From positions 1-54,755 of IMG/VR virus record IMGVR_UViG_3300004369_000851: DNA of 54,755 nucleotides. One strand, given 5' to 3'. Positions 1 through 9,936 of the stretch are shown piece by piece. The notes beneath the pieces are model-generated. The model searched no databases and was not told where the DNA came from. It worked only from the letters and a program-made list of their open reading frames with translations. Made by a program: the position numbers and the translations under genes. The DNA comes from a virus. Taxonomy: Duplodnaviria; Caudoviricetes. The first letter of the stretch is position 1. Each line of letters opens with the position of its first letter.

Positions 1-3000
1 GCGATTCAAATGCTCGAGCCCTTGCAGTGGCATCAATTATCCCAGATGCTTCTAATCGATCAAATTCGGCTTGTATGTCTTTGTCTGAACCACTTGTGGC
101 CAACGCTCTTAATCTTCCCTCTTCTTTTGTTGCGGCTCCAACCGCAGTACCTTTCATCCCGTTTGCAAAAAGTTCTCCAATGATAGGGATTAGCGAAGCC
201 GATTCAATATTCTTAACAGCTTCTTTTCTCATTTTTTTCTTATTTTTGTCAGATTGGAACCACCCATTAAGGGCGCCGACTGCACCACCAATTAGCGCAC
301 CTACACCCGTTCCAATTATTGGTATAAAACTTCCAATTAATGCGCCCGCCGCTGCACCACCTAGGGCTCCAGACATAACCCCACCACCAGTTGTTTGTGC
401 GCTCATAGATGTCCCTATTCCACCAACGGCTATACCAGCGAGTGGGGAAAATGCGCCTATTGCGGATCCAGCTTGAAGCGCGCCCTGCGCTTCGTCTGTC
501 CCCATTTTTGAAGATAAATAACTTGCGCCCATTGATCCAAGCATTGATCCTGCGCCAAGACCCCTTCTCATTGCCGCACCACCAGCTCGCATTCTGGATG
601 GTTTCATACCAGCTTTTGCTTGCGCCCTCATAGATGCTTGATAACTTTTTTGTAAACTAGTGCCACTAAAAGTTTTACCCAAAAGGCTTCCGCCGCCAGC
701 TCTGGCTTTGGCTGTCAAATTCTTGGTGCCCTGCAAGCCAGCCTTGCCGTACTGTCTCATACCCATACCGAATGGCATTTGAGGTATAAAAGCGCCCGCT
801 ACTGATGCTTTCATACCCCTCATACTTCCAATCACGCCTTTGCCTCCACTGGCTCTAAGACCTGATTGAATTTGTTGACTACGAGACATCTGTGAAGCAG
901 CCAATGCGTCATAGTTATATGGATTACCTCCACCTCTGGCAGCTCGTTGCATTCTGTCCAATTCTCTATATTGCTGTTTGTTTAATCCCCTTAGACTTGA
1001 ATACGGATCAACTGTGCTTGTTGCTCTGCCGTAAATATTTGGACCACCCGAGGAAGTGGTGTTTTTGTTGAATCCCCTACCGTAAATTGGTCGCAGGTCG
1101 GATCCCCTGTTTGCCATTTTCCAACTGTAAACATCGCGCCGATAATCCGCATTAGATTGTCCTGGCTTTCTGTTGGGTGGTCTTATGCCCACCCCTGTAG
1201 CTCGGTCTACATATCCCCCGCCCATCCCTCCCCGTAAAGCACTTCCAGCGGCGGAACTTGTTAATGCAGCGGCAGCACCAGTCAATGCTGAAGCAGCACC
1301 AGTTAAACCACTTGCGGCGCCAATTAGTGAACCACCACCAGCTGCTTGATTGGCCATAGATGTGGCTCCCGTTGCAGCCATTGGTCCAACTACTCCTCTG
1401 CCTCCGAACATACCGCTAAATGCTCCGCCTGCACCGCCCGATCCAAACCGGCTACCGTAACGCATACGGTTTCGTCGACCCTTCATGCCTAATGCAATTG
1501 TTCCCGCCACGGGCATAAATGCGCCCAGTGGTCCCATCTTTGACATTAATTTAAAGACGCCGCCAAGCGCTCTCATTATTGTGGCGATGGCATTAACTAC
1601 TTTATTGATAATGGGAATTGCTTCAGTAAAAGCTTGCTTGAAACCATCGGACATTTCAAAAAACGCCGTTACAACATTTTTCATAGCATCGCCAAAAGAA
1701 GAAAATAGTTCTTTCTTGCTAGATGCAAGATCGGCAAGATTTTTTATGTTTCGACCAAAACCTTTTAATATTTCACTAAATGGTTTACCAAACATATCTA
1801 TTACTATTCGACCACCCTCACGTAATGGACTTATTACATCAAGAAATCTTCGCGTGTAGCCCGACATTTTGTTATAAACAGAAGTGATTCTTTCAAAAAA
1901 TCCTTCAACTTCGGGTAACCATTTTCTGTTGAGGTGAACTGCAAAATCGGCAATTTTTTGGGTGGCCGCAACAATTGAATCAGTTAAGGTTGAACCACCA
2001 AACGCCAACATATCGGAACTTATCCGGCGCAGGGTTGTTCGTAAAATTTGAAAAACACTAAAGAAGGTTTTTTTCAGTGGTTCTAGTAACTCCTGACCAA
2101 TTTCAGCCATCTCACCATAAAGTTTTGTCATATACATTTTAAGTTGTGCGAAAAGCGTTTTTTGTACTGCGTCAGCGGCGCCAGCGACACCACCCTCTCT
2201 TGATAAATCTCCAGATCTTAGAACTTTGAAAAAATCAGCAGCGGTGCTCATTTTCCCCTTACCCTGATACGCCTTAAAAGCCTTCTCAAACTCTGGTCCA
2301 ACTTGTTTGGCTGCATCAAGGACTTTTTGCGTAGCTTTTCCTTCTTTTTGAATTAAGCCCAGAAAATTTCCCGCCGCCTGCATTCCTTTGGCTGTGTCAC
2401 CGCTGGCTACGGCAAAGTCCATCATCATCCTTAACCCTGCTTGCGTCTGCGGGGTAAATGCAGAATTTTTAGCCACGGCTGCGAAGGCTGCATTGAGACT
2501 CATTACGCCTGCTGTCGCAAGGGCCGAATCTTGATATAAATTTTGTAGTGCCCCTGTTGCGTCTGCCATTCCAGCTTTTACATTTGGGGATCCCTTAAAT
2601 CGGAAAGCAAACTGAGCAGCGGTAACTTCACGAAATGCGGCGGCAGCACCAAGGGCAGCAGCACCAACGGCGTTAAATGTTCCTGCAAGGGCTTGCATTG
2701 TGACACCATACGATTTGGCTAAAAACCGACCTGTGGCAAACAGAAGGTTGATGCTGGCTAAAGAGATTGCAACAATGGCAAATTCAAGACCCATAGCTAT
2801 CACCGTAAAAAGCATAATTCTTGCAACTCTGGTAAAAATCTTCATAACAGCGCTGCCGGTACCAATTGCTTTATTAAATCTAGCTGCGGAATTAGTTGCA
2901 CCAACAAGTGCGGACGACGACTGATTGGTCTGCTTACTAAATAGGGCTGCGCTTCTACTGTTGTTGTTTTGTTGTTTATTGAGTGCCGCTAGCGCCGCCG

Positions 3001-3070
3001 AGGTCGCGGCTATCGCGGCTGTATTCTTGGTGTCAACATCAATGACTATATTTACGCGCTCGTCAGCCAC
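1..3070 (-). CDS. Tail tape measure protein (3' end runs off the window)
   Basis: GTG at 3070 with GGAG upstream; reads MADERVNIVIDVDTKNTAAIAATSAALAAL..., Ala/Gly-rich with hydrophobic stretches; directly downstream of the tail chaperone. Probably missing from the ORF track because no stop lies in the window; I did not read every codon. Confidence 0.85.
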   Translation of the reverse strand, partial: MADERVNIVIDVDTKNTAAIAATSAALAALNKQQNNNSRSAALFSKQTNQSSSALVGATNSAARFNKAIGTGSAVMKIFTRVARIMLFTVIAMGLEFAIVAISLASINLLFATGRFLAKSYGVTMQALAGTFNAVGAAALGAAAAFREVTAAQFAFRFKGSPNVKAGMADATGALQNLYQDSALATAGVMSLNAAFAAVAKNSAFTPQTQAGLRMMMDFAVASGDTAKGMQAAGNFLGLIQKEGKATQKVLDAAKQVGPEFEKAFKAYQGKGKMSTAADFFKVLRSGDLSREGGVAGAADAVQKTLFAQLKMYMTKLYGEMAEIGQELLEPLKKTFFSVFQILRTTLRRISSDMLAFGGSTLTDSIVAATQKIADFAVHLNRKWLPEVEGFFERITSVYNKMSGYTRRFLDVISPLREGGRIVIDMFGKPFSEILKGFGRNIKNLADLASSKKELFSSFGDAMKNVVTAFFEMSDGFKQAFTEAIPIINKVVNAIATIMRALGGVFKLMSKMGPLGAFMPVAGTIALGMKGRRNRMRYGSRFGSGGAGGAFSGMFGGRGVVGPMAATGATSMANQAAGGGSLIGAASGLTGAASALTGAAAALTSSAAGSALRGGMGGGYVDRATGVGIRPPNRKPGQSNADYRRDVYSWKMANRGSDLRPIYGRGFNKNTTSSGGPNIYGRATSTVDPYSSLRGLNKQQYRELDRMQRAARGGGNPYNYDALAASQMSRSQQIQSGLRASGGKGVIGSMRGMKASVAGAFIPQMPFGMGMRQYGKAGLQGTKNLTAKARAGGGSLLGKTFSGTSLQKSYQASMRAQAKAGMKPSRMRAGGAAMRRGLGAGSMLGSMGASYLSSKMGTDEAQGALQAGSAIGAFSPLAGIAVGGIGTSMSAQTTGGGVMSGALGGAAAGALIGSFIPIIGTGVGALIGGAVGALNGWFQSDKNKKKMRKEAVKNIESASLIPIIGELFANGMKGTAVGAATKEEGRLRALATSGSDKDIQAEFDRLEASGIIDATARARAFES

Positions 3071-3097
3071 TAAATACTCCAGCTAGTTTAATTAGGG

Positions 3098-3295
3098 TTA
3101 ATAACCCCGTGCTTCACGCTCGGCTTCTTGCCGATCCGCTTCAACAACTTTACCACAAGCAATCAAAATGAGCCATTCTGCGGTGCTTACATTAAGAAGT
3201 TCTATTGGGCTCGCTCCAAACGCTTCGGCTAATCGCGCCGCGGTAATGACGCGATTGTCTTCCGCCAGATCATCTAGGAGCGTATCGAGGGGTTT
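3098..3295 (-). CDS. -1 frameshift extension of the tail chaperone (gpGT-like)
   Basis: Heptamer A AAC CCC (3295-3289, X XXY YYZ form); the -1 frame is open to TAA at 3098-3100: LDTLLDDLAEDNRVITAARLAEAFG...EAEREARGY. Confidence 0.75.
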   Translation of the reverse strand, partial: KPLDTLLDDLAEDNRVITAARLAEAFGASPIELLNVSTAEWLILIACGKVVEADRQEAEREARGY

Positions 3296-3786
3296 TCAGT
3301 ACTCTCCACGTTGTCGCCGTATCCAGCTGCGTCAATAATGGCGAGAGCTGCGGATTCAAGGTGTGGATCAAGACCAAAGAAAACTTGGATCGCATCAGGA
3401 ATGGATTTTTTTGTATTAGTCATTTCAAGAATTGATGGTGAAGCGAACCCGAGGGACTTACCATTCTCGTAGGCTTCTTCGCCGTTCAACCAAATACCCA
3501 GCGTTGTGTGTCCAATAACGGTGCAAGCAAATTTTGTTGCATCAATTCCGTTCTTGGATTCCGAGCCACAATTTTTTTGCCAGGCTTTAATTTGTTGCTG
3601 GGTGATATTTGGGCTTATCAGAAGTTGCACGCCAGGCCGTTCGGGTACTGTAATAAAAATTTCCTTGCGCTTCACTTTTTTGGAGATTATCCCCTTAAGT
3701 TCGCTAAGAACATTTCCATCCAGTTCGTCTGGTGTTGAATTGTCTTGGTTGTCTTGGACTGTATATAGTTCGTCGTTGTTGCTCAT
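3274..3786 (-). CDS. Tail assembly chaperone (gpG-like)
   Basis: 170 aa ORF between tail tube and tape measure; ends in a slippery heptamer. Confidence 0.75.
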   Translation of the reverse strand: MSNNDELYTVQDNQDNSTPDELDGNVLSELKGIISKKVKRKEIFITVPERPGVQLLISPNITQQQIKAWQKNCGSESKNGIDATKFACTVIGHTTLGIWLNGEEAYENGKSLGFASPSILEMTNTKKSIPDAIQVFFGLDPHLESAALAIIDAAGYGDNVESTENPSIRS

Positions 3787-3792
3787 GCGGTC

Positions 3793-3825
3793 AGACTAGC
3801 AAACTCCAACTCCGCATGGCGGAAC
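3793..3825 (-). promoter_or_regulatory. Putative structural-gene promoter GTTCCGCC-N19-TAGTCT, leaderless
   Basis: Same motif upstream of sheath, protease and capsid genes; ATG follows the -10 hexamer by 6 nt. Confidence 0.65.
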
Positions 3826-3838
3826 CCTAAAATCAGGG

Positions 3839-4285
3839 TTATTGCGTTGGTTCGCCAGAGACGGCAAATGTTAAGGCAAATGTTGCTGGGGCACCAGAGG
3901 ATGAATCACCGTCTGGCTCAGACAACCCAACAAGGAGGGCCTTGGAGTAGATGCGCTCTGAGGTCTTGTCAGCCAAATCACAGTTTGTGTCATAGATTTT
4001 GACTTCATAATAGGCTCGACCAACCTGCTTGCGGAGGGTTGCAAGTTTTGTTCGTTCGTCAGATGAGTAGTGCCTGGTTAGGGTTACATCTCCAACCTCA
4101 GATGGCGCACAAAGAACCTCAGGAAATTTTGAGCCACCAACATAGATTTTCTCAACGGCGGCTGTAATTTCTCCGCCGGAAACTTGAGCAAAAAACCCAC
4201 TAATGTCTTCGCCCGTTATATCCTCACCACTCAATGGTGTGATATTTGCAAATATTTGCCTTTGAGCCAATTTCTTCGATGCCAT
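3839..4285 (-). CDS. Tail tube protein
   Basis: 148 aa beta-rich ORF directly after the sheath gene (FAQVSGG, GDVTLTR, FALTFAV). Confidence 0.8.
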   Translation of the reverse strand: MASKKLAQRQIFANITPLSGEDITGEDISGFFAQVSGGEITAAVEKIYVGGSKFPEVLCAPSEVGDVTLTRHYSSDERTKLATLRKQVGRAYYEVKIYDTNCDLADKTSERIYSKALLVGLSEPDGDSSSGAPATFALTFAVSGEPTQ

Positions 4286-4304
4286 TATCTATTCTCCCTC
4301 AGTA

Positions 4305-5762
4305 TTAAACGACCGAAGCCGTCAAGTTTGATTTAACAATTTCTATTTCAATTGTTTCACCAATTGAAGAGATTCGGGCACCAATTTTTGCTTTAATTGT
4401 TCCTTCGGCGAGTTGGCTTATTGGATTGATTGAGTCATCAACTCTGACCGCATAGCCTGGGTCAATTTGTTTTCCCTGAGCGTTAACTGCCTCATAAACC
4501 CCGCCCGCCACAGCAATTCGATCCATAATCGCAACAAGCGATGAACGAATTTCGGCAAACAAGCTCTTACGGCCATCAATTGGTCGGAATACATGCACCT
4601 CAAGAGCACGCTTTGCTTCGTAGGTGATGTAGTTAAGCGTTTCTCTTGCGTTAATGAAACGGAAGTTCGTTACATCGCTTGATACTGAACGAGCACCATA
4701 GATGCGTGTCGTTCCGTTAACGACCTTGATTGGGTTTACTCCAGCGGTGGCAAGAGATGCTTCTTGAGATGCGGTAAGGTAACTCTGTGGCTCTGTAACA
4801 TATACGGCTTCACTTACGGCGCCGGCGTAAACATTCCAAGTGCCAGATGTGTTTTGAACCTGTGCACGCTTAGCAGCAACATATCCCTCGTTAGGAATAA
4901 GCGATGTCAAAGTGCCGTTAGGAATTCGAACCCATGGATAAAAGAATGCAGCATATTCTGCACCAGACACCACCGAGTATGTTGCAGCGGTGGTGACTGC
5001 ATCGTTTACCGTGTCCGTGGAATCAAATCCAAGAAGCGCAATTCTTCCATTTAATTTTGCGTGAGCAATCAAGGAGTCGTAATTGCCAGCTAGATAGAAA
5101 CCTGGAGCAGCAACTGCGCCCGGCCCGTATGCATCAATAAAGAATTCAAGCGCTTCGTCAAGATCGGTCTCATCAAGCGCGCCACCATCGGCGCCTCCTG
5201 TAAAAAGAGCAGCGGCGGCTGTGGCTGGCAATAAAGCCGAAGCACCAGCGTATGCGGTCACATACAATGATGCAATTGCCGAGTTGTTGATTTCATCAAC
5301 TGCGTTTGCAACCGTTGTGTGTGACTGGCTTGTAAAGACAACTACATCATTAAGTAAAACTTTAACTACGAACGAAGTCACTGGCGAACCGGTCGAAACA
5401 ACCTGTGCTTTCAATAATGTGTTAGCCCACGCTCCTTCACCAGAAGCGATGAGACCCATTGATGTAGCAGCTGCGCCATCTGCTAATGTTATTCCTCCGC
5501 TTGTGGCGTCATCTGGGATCACGCGAGATACGTAAGCTTTTGCGCCACCCTCTTCAAAAAATGATTCGAGTGTTTGATGTACCCATCCGCTTGATGTGTA
5601 TCCACCGTAAACCGTTTCGTACTCGGCAATGCTGTATACAGCAACTGCTTTTCCTTCTGGGCCACGTGTTGTCACACCCGCAACAAATAAGGTTGCGCTT
5701 GGATTGGTCTGAGCATTAGTTGGGCCCGTACGGACCGCTGTTGTAACAACTACACCTGGCAT
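4305..5762 (-). CDS. Contractile tail sheath protein
   Basis: MPGV start, AGVTTRGP, AAFFYPWV, GVNPI...RIYGARS...RFINARE: sheath family motifs. Confidence 0.93.
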   Translation of the reverse strand: MPGVVVTTAVRTGPTNAQTNPSATLFVAGVTTRGPEGKAVAVYSIAEYETVYGGYTSSGWVHQTLESFFEEGGAKAYVSRVIPDDATSGGITLADGAAATSMGLIASGEGAWANTLLKAQVVSTGSPVTSFVVKVLLNDVVVFTSQSHTTVANAVDEINNSAIASLYVTAYAGASALLPATAAAALFTGGADGGALDETDLDEALEFFIDAYGPGAVAAPGFYLAGNYDSLIAHAKLNGRIALLGFDSTDTVNDAVTTAATYSVVSGAEYAAFFYPWVRIPNGTLTSLIPNEGYVAAKRAQVQNTSGTWNVYAGAVSEAVYVTEPQSYLTASQEASLATAGVNPIKVVNGTTRIYGARSVSSDVTNFRFINARETLNYITYEAKRALEVHVFRPIDGRKSLFAEIRSSLVAIMDRIAVAGGVYEAVNAQGKQIDPGYAVRVDDSINPISQLAEGTIKAKIGARISSIGETIEIEIVKSNLTASVV

Positions 5763-5824
5763 CTCGTCCTCCGTGAACGTTGGAGATAATTTAATATTTG
5801 GCTAATTGATGTAAGCCACTTCTG

Positions 5825-5858
5825 ATTATAGATAATTCTTACCCAGTTTTGGCGCAAC
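5825..5858 (-). promoter_or_regulatory. Putative promoter GTTGCGCC-N20-TATAAT upstream of the sheath gene
   Basis: Variant of the shared motif with a consensus -10. Confidence 0.6.
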
Positions 5859-6266
5859 CTAGTATTGAACTTCCTTGGGTTCGTATCTTGCTGTCGTTTC
5901 TTTATTTGTCTCGCTTGCTGCTTCGGCTACAGTTGCCTCAACCACGGTTTCTTCAACCACGGTTTCCTCGACTACGACCTCTTCAACATTTTTCTTTTGA
6001 GATTTTTTGCTTACCTTGCTGGCTACGGATGCACTCGTTGCAACAGTGGCGTTGATGGTAACAACAAGACCCTGTGCAAGGCGGGCCTGAGTCGTTGGAT
6101 CGTTGACCGAAACAACAGCAAAACCGTTTGGCTGCACCATAAAGGGTGGTGTTGCACATCTAAGCAACCTATTGGAAACATTTTTGATCAAGATTTGACC
6201 ATCTTCAAGCTTGGGATCCGAGCCATCTTCAATTGATTTAAAAAAATACATAGGTTGATTATACAT
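5859..6266 (-). CDS. Hypothetical virion-module protein with E/V/T-rich tail
   Basis: 135 aa; overlaps the upstream gene; VVEET repeats. Confidence 0.6.
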   Translation of the reverse strand: MYNQPMYFFKSIEDGSDPKLEDGQILIKNVSNRLLRCATPPFMVQPNGFAVVSVNDPTTQARLAQGLVVTINATVATSASVASKVSKKSQKKNVEEVVVEETVVEETVVEATVAEAASETNKETTARYEPKEVQY

Positions 6267-6867
6267 TCAAAGACGCCCCTATAGCAGAACGATTGAGTAT
6301 CAACTCGTAGTCCTCAAACTCGGCAATAATTTCTCTCGTAATAACCTCTTCCATAGTGATGTCATACCCAATGTACGCACCAGCCAACACCCTGTCACCC
6401 TTCAGTAGGGTCAAATCGGAGTATTCTTCTGAAAGTGTTGATTCTTCAACCCTTGCGTCCCTGACGGACGATCTAGAAAAGCAGGGGCGATCAAGTAGGG
6501 CTGAACGAACAACGGTTGTCAAGCGATCCCTCATTATTGTCGCCTGTTCTGAGCCATCGGCCCGAACCCAAACATATGTCCTCATGACATAAGTGGCGTT
6601 ATAGACAGGGTCGCCAGTCGCTTCGTGATAAAACCTAGAAAAAGACTTTGTTGAAATTGCCACAGTAATGATTGTCGGCCAGGAATCCAAAGCCAATGGC
6701 TCATAACTCACATAGGTGGCAGGGACGGGAAGGGATATGTCATCTAGACCCCAACCATTTCTATACCTGTTAATCCTCGTAGGGATGTCGTTTTCTAGGA
6801 ATGTGGTTACATATTCCTTAGCAAACTGCGGACCATACATTAATTCGTCTGGGTTTACGCTTGGCAT
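6259..6867 (-). CDS. Putative tail terminator / tail completion protein
   Basis: 202 aa in neck position upstream of the sheath; call rests mainly on synteny. Confidence 0.55.
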   Translation of the reverse strand: MPSVNPDELMYGPQFAKEYVTTFLENDIPTRINRYRNGWGLDDISLPVPATYVSYEPLALDSWPTIITVAISTKSFSRFYHEATGDPVYNATYVMRTYVWVRADGSEQATIMRDRLTTVVRSALLDRPCFSRSSVRDARVEESTLSEEYSDLTLLKGDRVLAGAYIGYDITMEEVITREIIAEFEDYELILNRSAIGASLNV

Positions 6868-6870
6868 AAT

Positions 6871-7323
6871 TTACTCTCCAACCACATAATGGGCCGCGTC
6901 TTGTGCTGTTGATTTAGCAAAACCAGCTGGTTCAAAAATAATTTTACGCTTAGGCATTTTGGATGTTCCGTATTGATGAAATTTTGCATATTTAACATTT
7001 GTTCCAAATTCAGCCCTCGTAGGACCAACAGAAGTTAAGCCGCGACTCAGATTCGCCACGCTTCGGAATAAAGAGCCATCGCCGACGAGCATTGGCCTAC
7101 CAGGAAATCTAGACATTTTCCATGCTGCGTAGGTCGGGTCAAGCGGAGCCCAACCACCAACTGGCAAACCCTGTGCGGTGAAATTTGCTACGTTGGCTTT
7201 TTCGAGTTCTTTTTTGGCTTTAATAAAAATTGGTTCAAATGTTTTTGAACGCAACAACATTCCAGTGAGGCGAAGTTGAACTTTTTTGACACCCCTGACT
7301 CTAATGTTGGCAACTGCGGTCAA
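6871..7323 (-). CDS. Virion morphogenesis protein (Mu gpG / tail completion family)
   Basis: WAPL...LFRSV...FGTNVKYAKFHQYGTSKMPKR signature. Confidence 0.85.
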   Translation of the reverse strand: MTAVANIRVRGVKKVQLRLTGMLLRSKTFEPIFIKAKKELEKANVANFTAQGLPVGGWAPLDPTYAAWKMSRFPGRPMLVGDGSLFRSVANLSRGLTSVGPTRAEFGTNVKYAKFHQYGTSKMPKRKIIFEPAGFAKSTAQDAAHYVVGE

Positions 7324-8192
7324 CTTATTCTCCTACGTCGAAAAGTTTTTAAAATCAATAATTCTTTTTCAAGAAAACCCGTTTCAGCCACGGCAACATT
7401 TCTTGGATTTAAATCTTTGACACCAACTACATCATCATGCATATTTTGCATTTCTCTAGTAGCGGCGCGAAGAATCATTAATTTTAAAGTCGGAGTGCTT
7501 GATCCAATTAGCCCACCTTTATAAGTTACGACAACCCTGTCGTTTGGCATTGCGCCAAAAAGCTCAAGACCCCATCGGTGAACAATGTAGCCACTCCCAG
7601 TCGCACTAGCAGTTCCACCAGATGTGTAGGCCCCCAGCGCTGAGCCCGTATTAAAATTCTTCACGTCAAATGTTGTTGATGTTACTCCTAGTATTTCCAT
7701 TGTGCTTCTATTCCAGTGAGCCGGGGTAATCCCTGTGACTGAAACAGTTTGGGCAAGGGTAAAATTATGCTGCGTGGATGTTGTATACCTTACGAGGCTT
7801 CCAACTTCAACCGCATCAGATATTGTTGCTGTCCTATAGGCAAACTCAGCAAGGTTAACGCTGTTTGACGAACTAGATATGTTCACCTTAGAAACAGAGG
7901 CGATAGGCGAATTGCGTAGTGGTAAATGTACCCCGGGAACAACATAATCCATTATGTTGCTGTCATTGAAGGTTGAGCTCTCGTTGTCATAAAAAAAACT
8001 TGATGTTGGCAGCGCATACTGTGAAGATGGAACCACGTGCTCTTCGATATATTCCGCTTCCTCAACTGGCCTACCGAGATACGCTTCCATCTCGCTCTGT
8101 AGTCCAGCCAAAACAAGTTCGGCAGCATCTAGCTGTCTATTCGTAAGCGAAACATCCATGTATGTTTTTAGTTCGTTAGTCGTAACAAGCAC
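7320..8192 (-). CDS. Head-tail adaptor with inserted beta domain
   Basis: MLVTTNELKTYM start, LRNSPIASV, VVVTYKGG; insert YTTSTQHNFTLAQTVSVTG resembles FCCH-like phage repeats. Confidence 0.7.
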   Translation of the reverse strand: MLVTTNELKTYMDVSLTNRQLDAAELVLAGLQSEMEAYLGRPVEEAEYIEEHVVPSSQYALPTSSFFYDNESSTFNDSNIMDYVVPGVHLPLRNSPIASVSKVNISSSSNSVNLAEFAYRTATISDAVEVGSLVRYTTSTQHNFTLAQTVSVTGITPAHWNRSTMEILGVTSTTFDVKNFNTGSALGAYTSGGTASATGSGYIVHRWGLELFGAMPNDRVVVTYKGGLIGSSTPTLKLMILRAATREMQNMHDDVVGVKDLNPRNVAVAETGFLEKELLILKTFRRRRIS

Positions 8193-8213
8193 GATTATCT
8201 CCAGATGACTAAA

Positions 8214-8444
8214 TTAGGCGGATACGCCACCAAGTAAACGTCGGCGCCGTTCCCGGATTAAAGATCTTCCTTGCCCAGCTGCTGTTCTTCTTCTTCTTCC
8301 ACCTTGTGTGCGATCCGCTGCTCGTCTAAGAGCGTACGCAGCCGTACGCCTCCACCATCGCGGTCTTTTAGTCGGACCAACATTTGGGCCAGGCGGGTTC
8401 GGCAAGACGGGTTCAATATCGGGGGTATTGTTGGGGATGACCAT
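8214..8444 (-). CDS. Small Arg-rich basic protein
   Basis: 76 aa with AAAGG RBS; poly-Arg tracts. Confidence 0.6.
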   Translation of the reverse strand: MVIPNNTPDIEPVLPNPPGPNVGPTKRPRWWRRTAAYALRRAADRTQGGRRRRTAAGQGRSLIRERRRRLLGGVSA

Positions 8445-8495
8445 AAGCGACCTTTCTATCTATGCATATTTTAACATTAGAATCGGTCTGGGAGT

Positions 8496-9056
8496 TTATC
8501 TATCTGGATTTGGCGGTTTCTCAATAGGTACAGATTGAAGTTTTGCCCCTGCTGGCGCCTCAATTGGAATCCAAGCTTTTGAGTAGGTGTGCTGAGAAAG
8601 TTTTCGTCCCTTAAGTAGTGTCCCGTCAAGTAATAGCCCAAATTCTTGATCCGTCATACTCAATTTCTTTTGAATTTCGTAATCCTTGTATTGCTTTGAG
8701 TGAAATATGGTTCGAAGAACAGGTGAAACCTGTTTTGCAACAAGGGAGCCCTTGGCCCTATTTAATTGAAGATGCATAATCATTGCGTCAATTTGACCAA
8801 CATCAACGAGCCGACACGGGACGATTCCACCATCGCGCTCAAGGATTGCGGTGTTATTTTGAGCACAAATCCACCTATGGAATCCATCAATAATTTCCAT
8901 TGAAGCCGAAGAAACAATTATTGGATATATCCAGCCGTTCTCCTTAATTGACTCAGCAAGAACCTTCATCTCGGGTCCCTGAAGATGATTGCAGCGCCAA
9001 GGCGAAGGCTTGATGTTCTCAATTTTTAAATTTTTGTAATCCATCTTGATGCTCAC
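8496..9056 (-). CDS. ParB/Srx N-terminal domain protein (IbrB-like)
   Basis: SIKENGWIYPIIV...EIIDGFHRW...NRAKG motifs. Confidence 0.85.
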   Translation of the reverse strand: MSIKMDYKNLKIENIKPSPWRCNHLQGPEMKVLAESIKENGWIYPIIVSSASMEIIDGFHRWICAQNNTAILERDGGIVPCRLVDVGQIDAMIMHLQLNRAKGSLVAKQVSPVLRTIFHSKQYKDYEIQKKLSMTDQEFGLLLDGTLLKGRKLSQHTYSKAWIPIEAPAGAKLQSVPIEKPPNPDR

Positions 9057-9061
9057 TAAAT

Positions 9062-9406
9062 TTAAACCTGAACCCTTACGTTTGCATTTAGTGTCCGAAG
9101 GGCGTCAATGCTGGTTCTCAACGATGACAGTTTTTCTCGCTTTGCCCTCAAAAGCCCCTCGGCAATTTTTGCATCATAATCAATCTCGGATGTTTTGTAG
9201 TCGGCCCAAGATTCGCGTTCCTTAATTGAGCCCTTTGCAGACAAGTATTCTTTCGCCCAATTTGCTTTCAGCAGGGCGTCTTTTTTGGCATTGTCTTCTG
9301 CGATCTTTTCAAAAGCTTCAGTTTCCTGTTCCAGTAAACCAAGCAAACGAAGCAACTCTTGCTCAATTTCAACTTGGCTTATAGGGGAACTTCTTTCAAA
9401 CACCAT
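9062..9406 (-). CDS. Coiled-coil hypothetical protein in the recombination module
   Basis: 114 aa, helical, ends LRTLNANVR. Confidence 0.65.
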   Translation of the reverse strand: MVFERSSPISQVEIEQELLRLLGLLEQETEAFEKIAEDNAKKDALLKANWAKEYLSAKGSIKERESWADYKTSEIDYDAKIAEGLLRAKREKLSSLRTSIDALRTLNANVRVQV

Positions 9407-9408
9407 AA

Positions 9409-9924
9409 CTAATCCCCTTTCAAAAGGTTATTAAATTGCATTCCAGAAATTGCAGATATTTGCTTATCTGATAAATCCATCGTTCTGTCCCCTAGAGCAT
9501 ATTGCAACATTTTCTCCAAAACCCAAGCATCACAAAGATCGTCTAAACCTGGCTGTTGTGGAATGGTTGCCATATTTAAGACAGCCATAACAACTTCGTC
9601 CTTTGACGCGTTTCCTCGGCCAGTGGCAAATTTGGCCCGATTGGTTGGTGGAATGATTGCTATTTCCACGCCAGCCTCTGCAAGCGAAACCTTCACGACA
9701 CCGCCAAGTTCCCCAATTGAATGTGCTTGCGAAAACCGCGATGCGTATGAATAGCCCTCCAACGCCACATGCGATACATTGTTTTTTTTAACAGATTCAG
9801 TGATCAGATCTCTTATTTCAATAAGCCTGTCTGTGCCTCGTTTTTTTGACCGAATTGAAAAAGGTTCACCATTAACGCAAACGCCAGTTGATGTTAGGGA
9901 TAGGTCTATTCCAGCGGTATTCAT
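9409..9924 (-). CDS. RuvC-like Holliday junction resolvase
   Basis: GIDLSLTSTG, VALEGY, KFATGRGNASK, DDLCDA acidic catalytic pattern. Confidence 0.88.
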   Translation of the reverse strand: MNTAGIDLSLTSTGVCVNGEPFSIRSKKRGTDRLIEIRDLITESVKKNNVSHVALEGYSYASRFSQAHSIGELGGVVKVSLAEAGVEIAIIPPTNRAKFATGRGNASKDEVVMAVLNMATIPQQPGLDDLCDAWVLEKMLQYALGDRTMDLSDKQISAISGMQFNNLLKGD

Positions 9925-9936
9925 ATAGGAAAACTA

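Noticed and set aside
27-2924. Plus-strand ORFs in the ORF track over 1-3 kb
   Set aside because: Antisense shadows of the tape measure gene on the minus strand.
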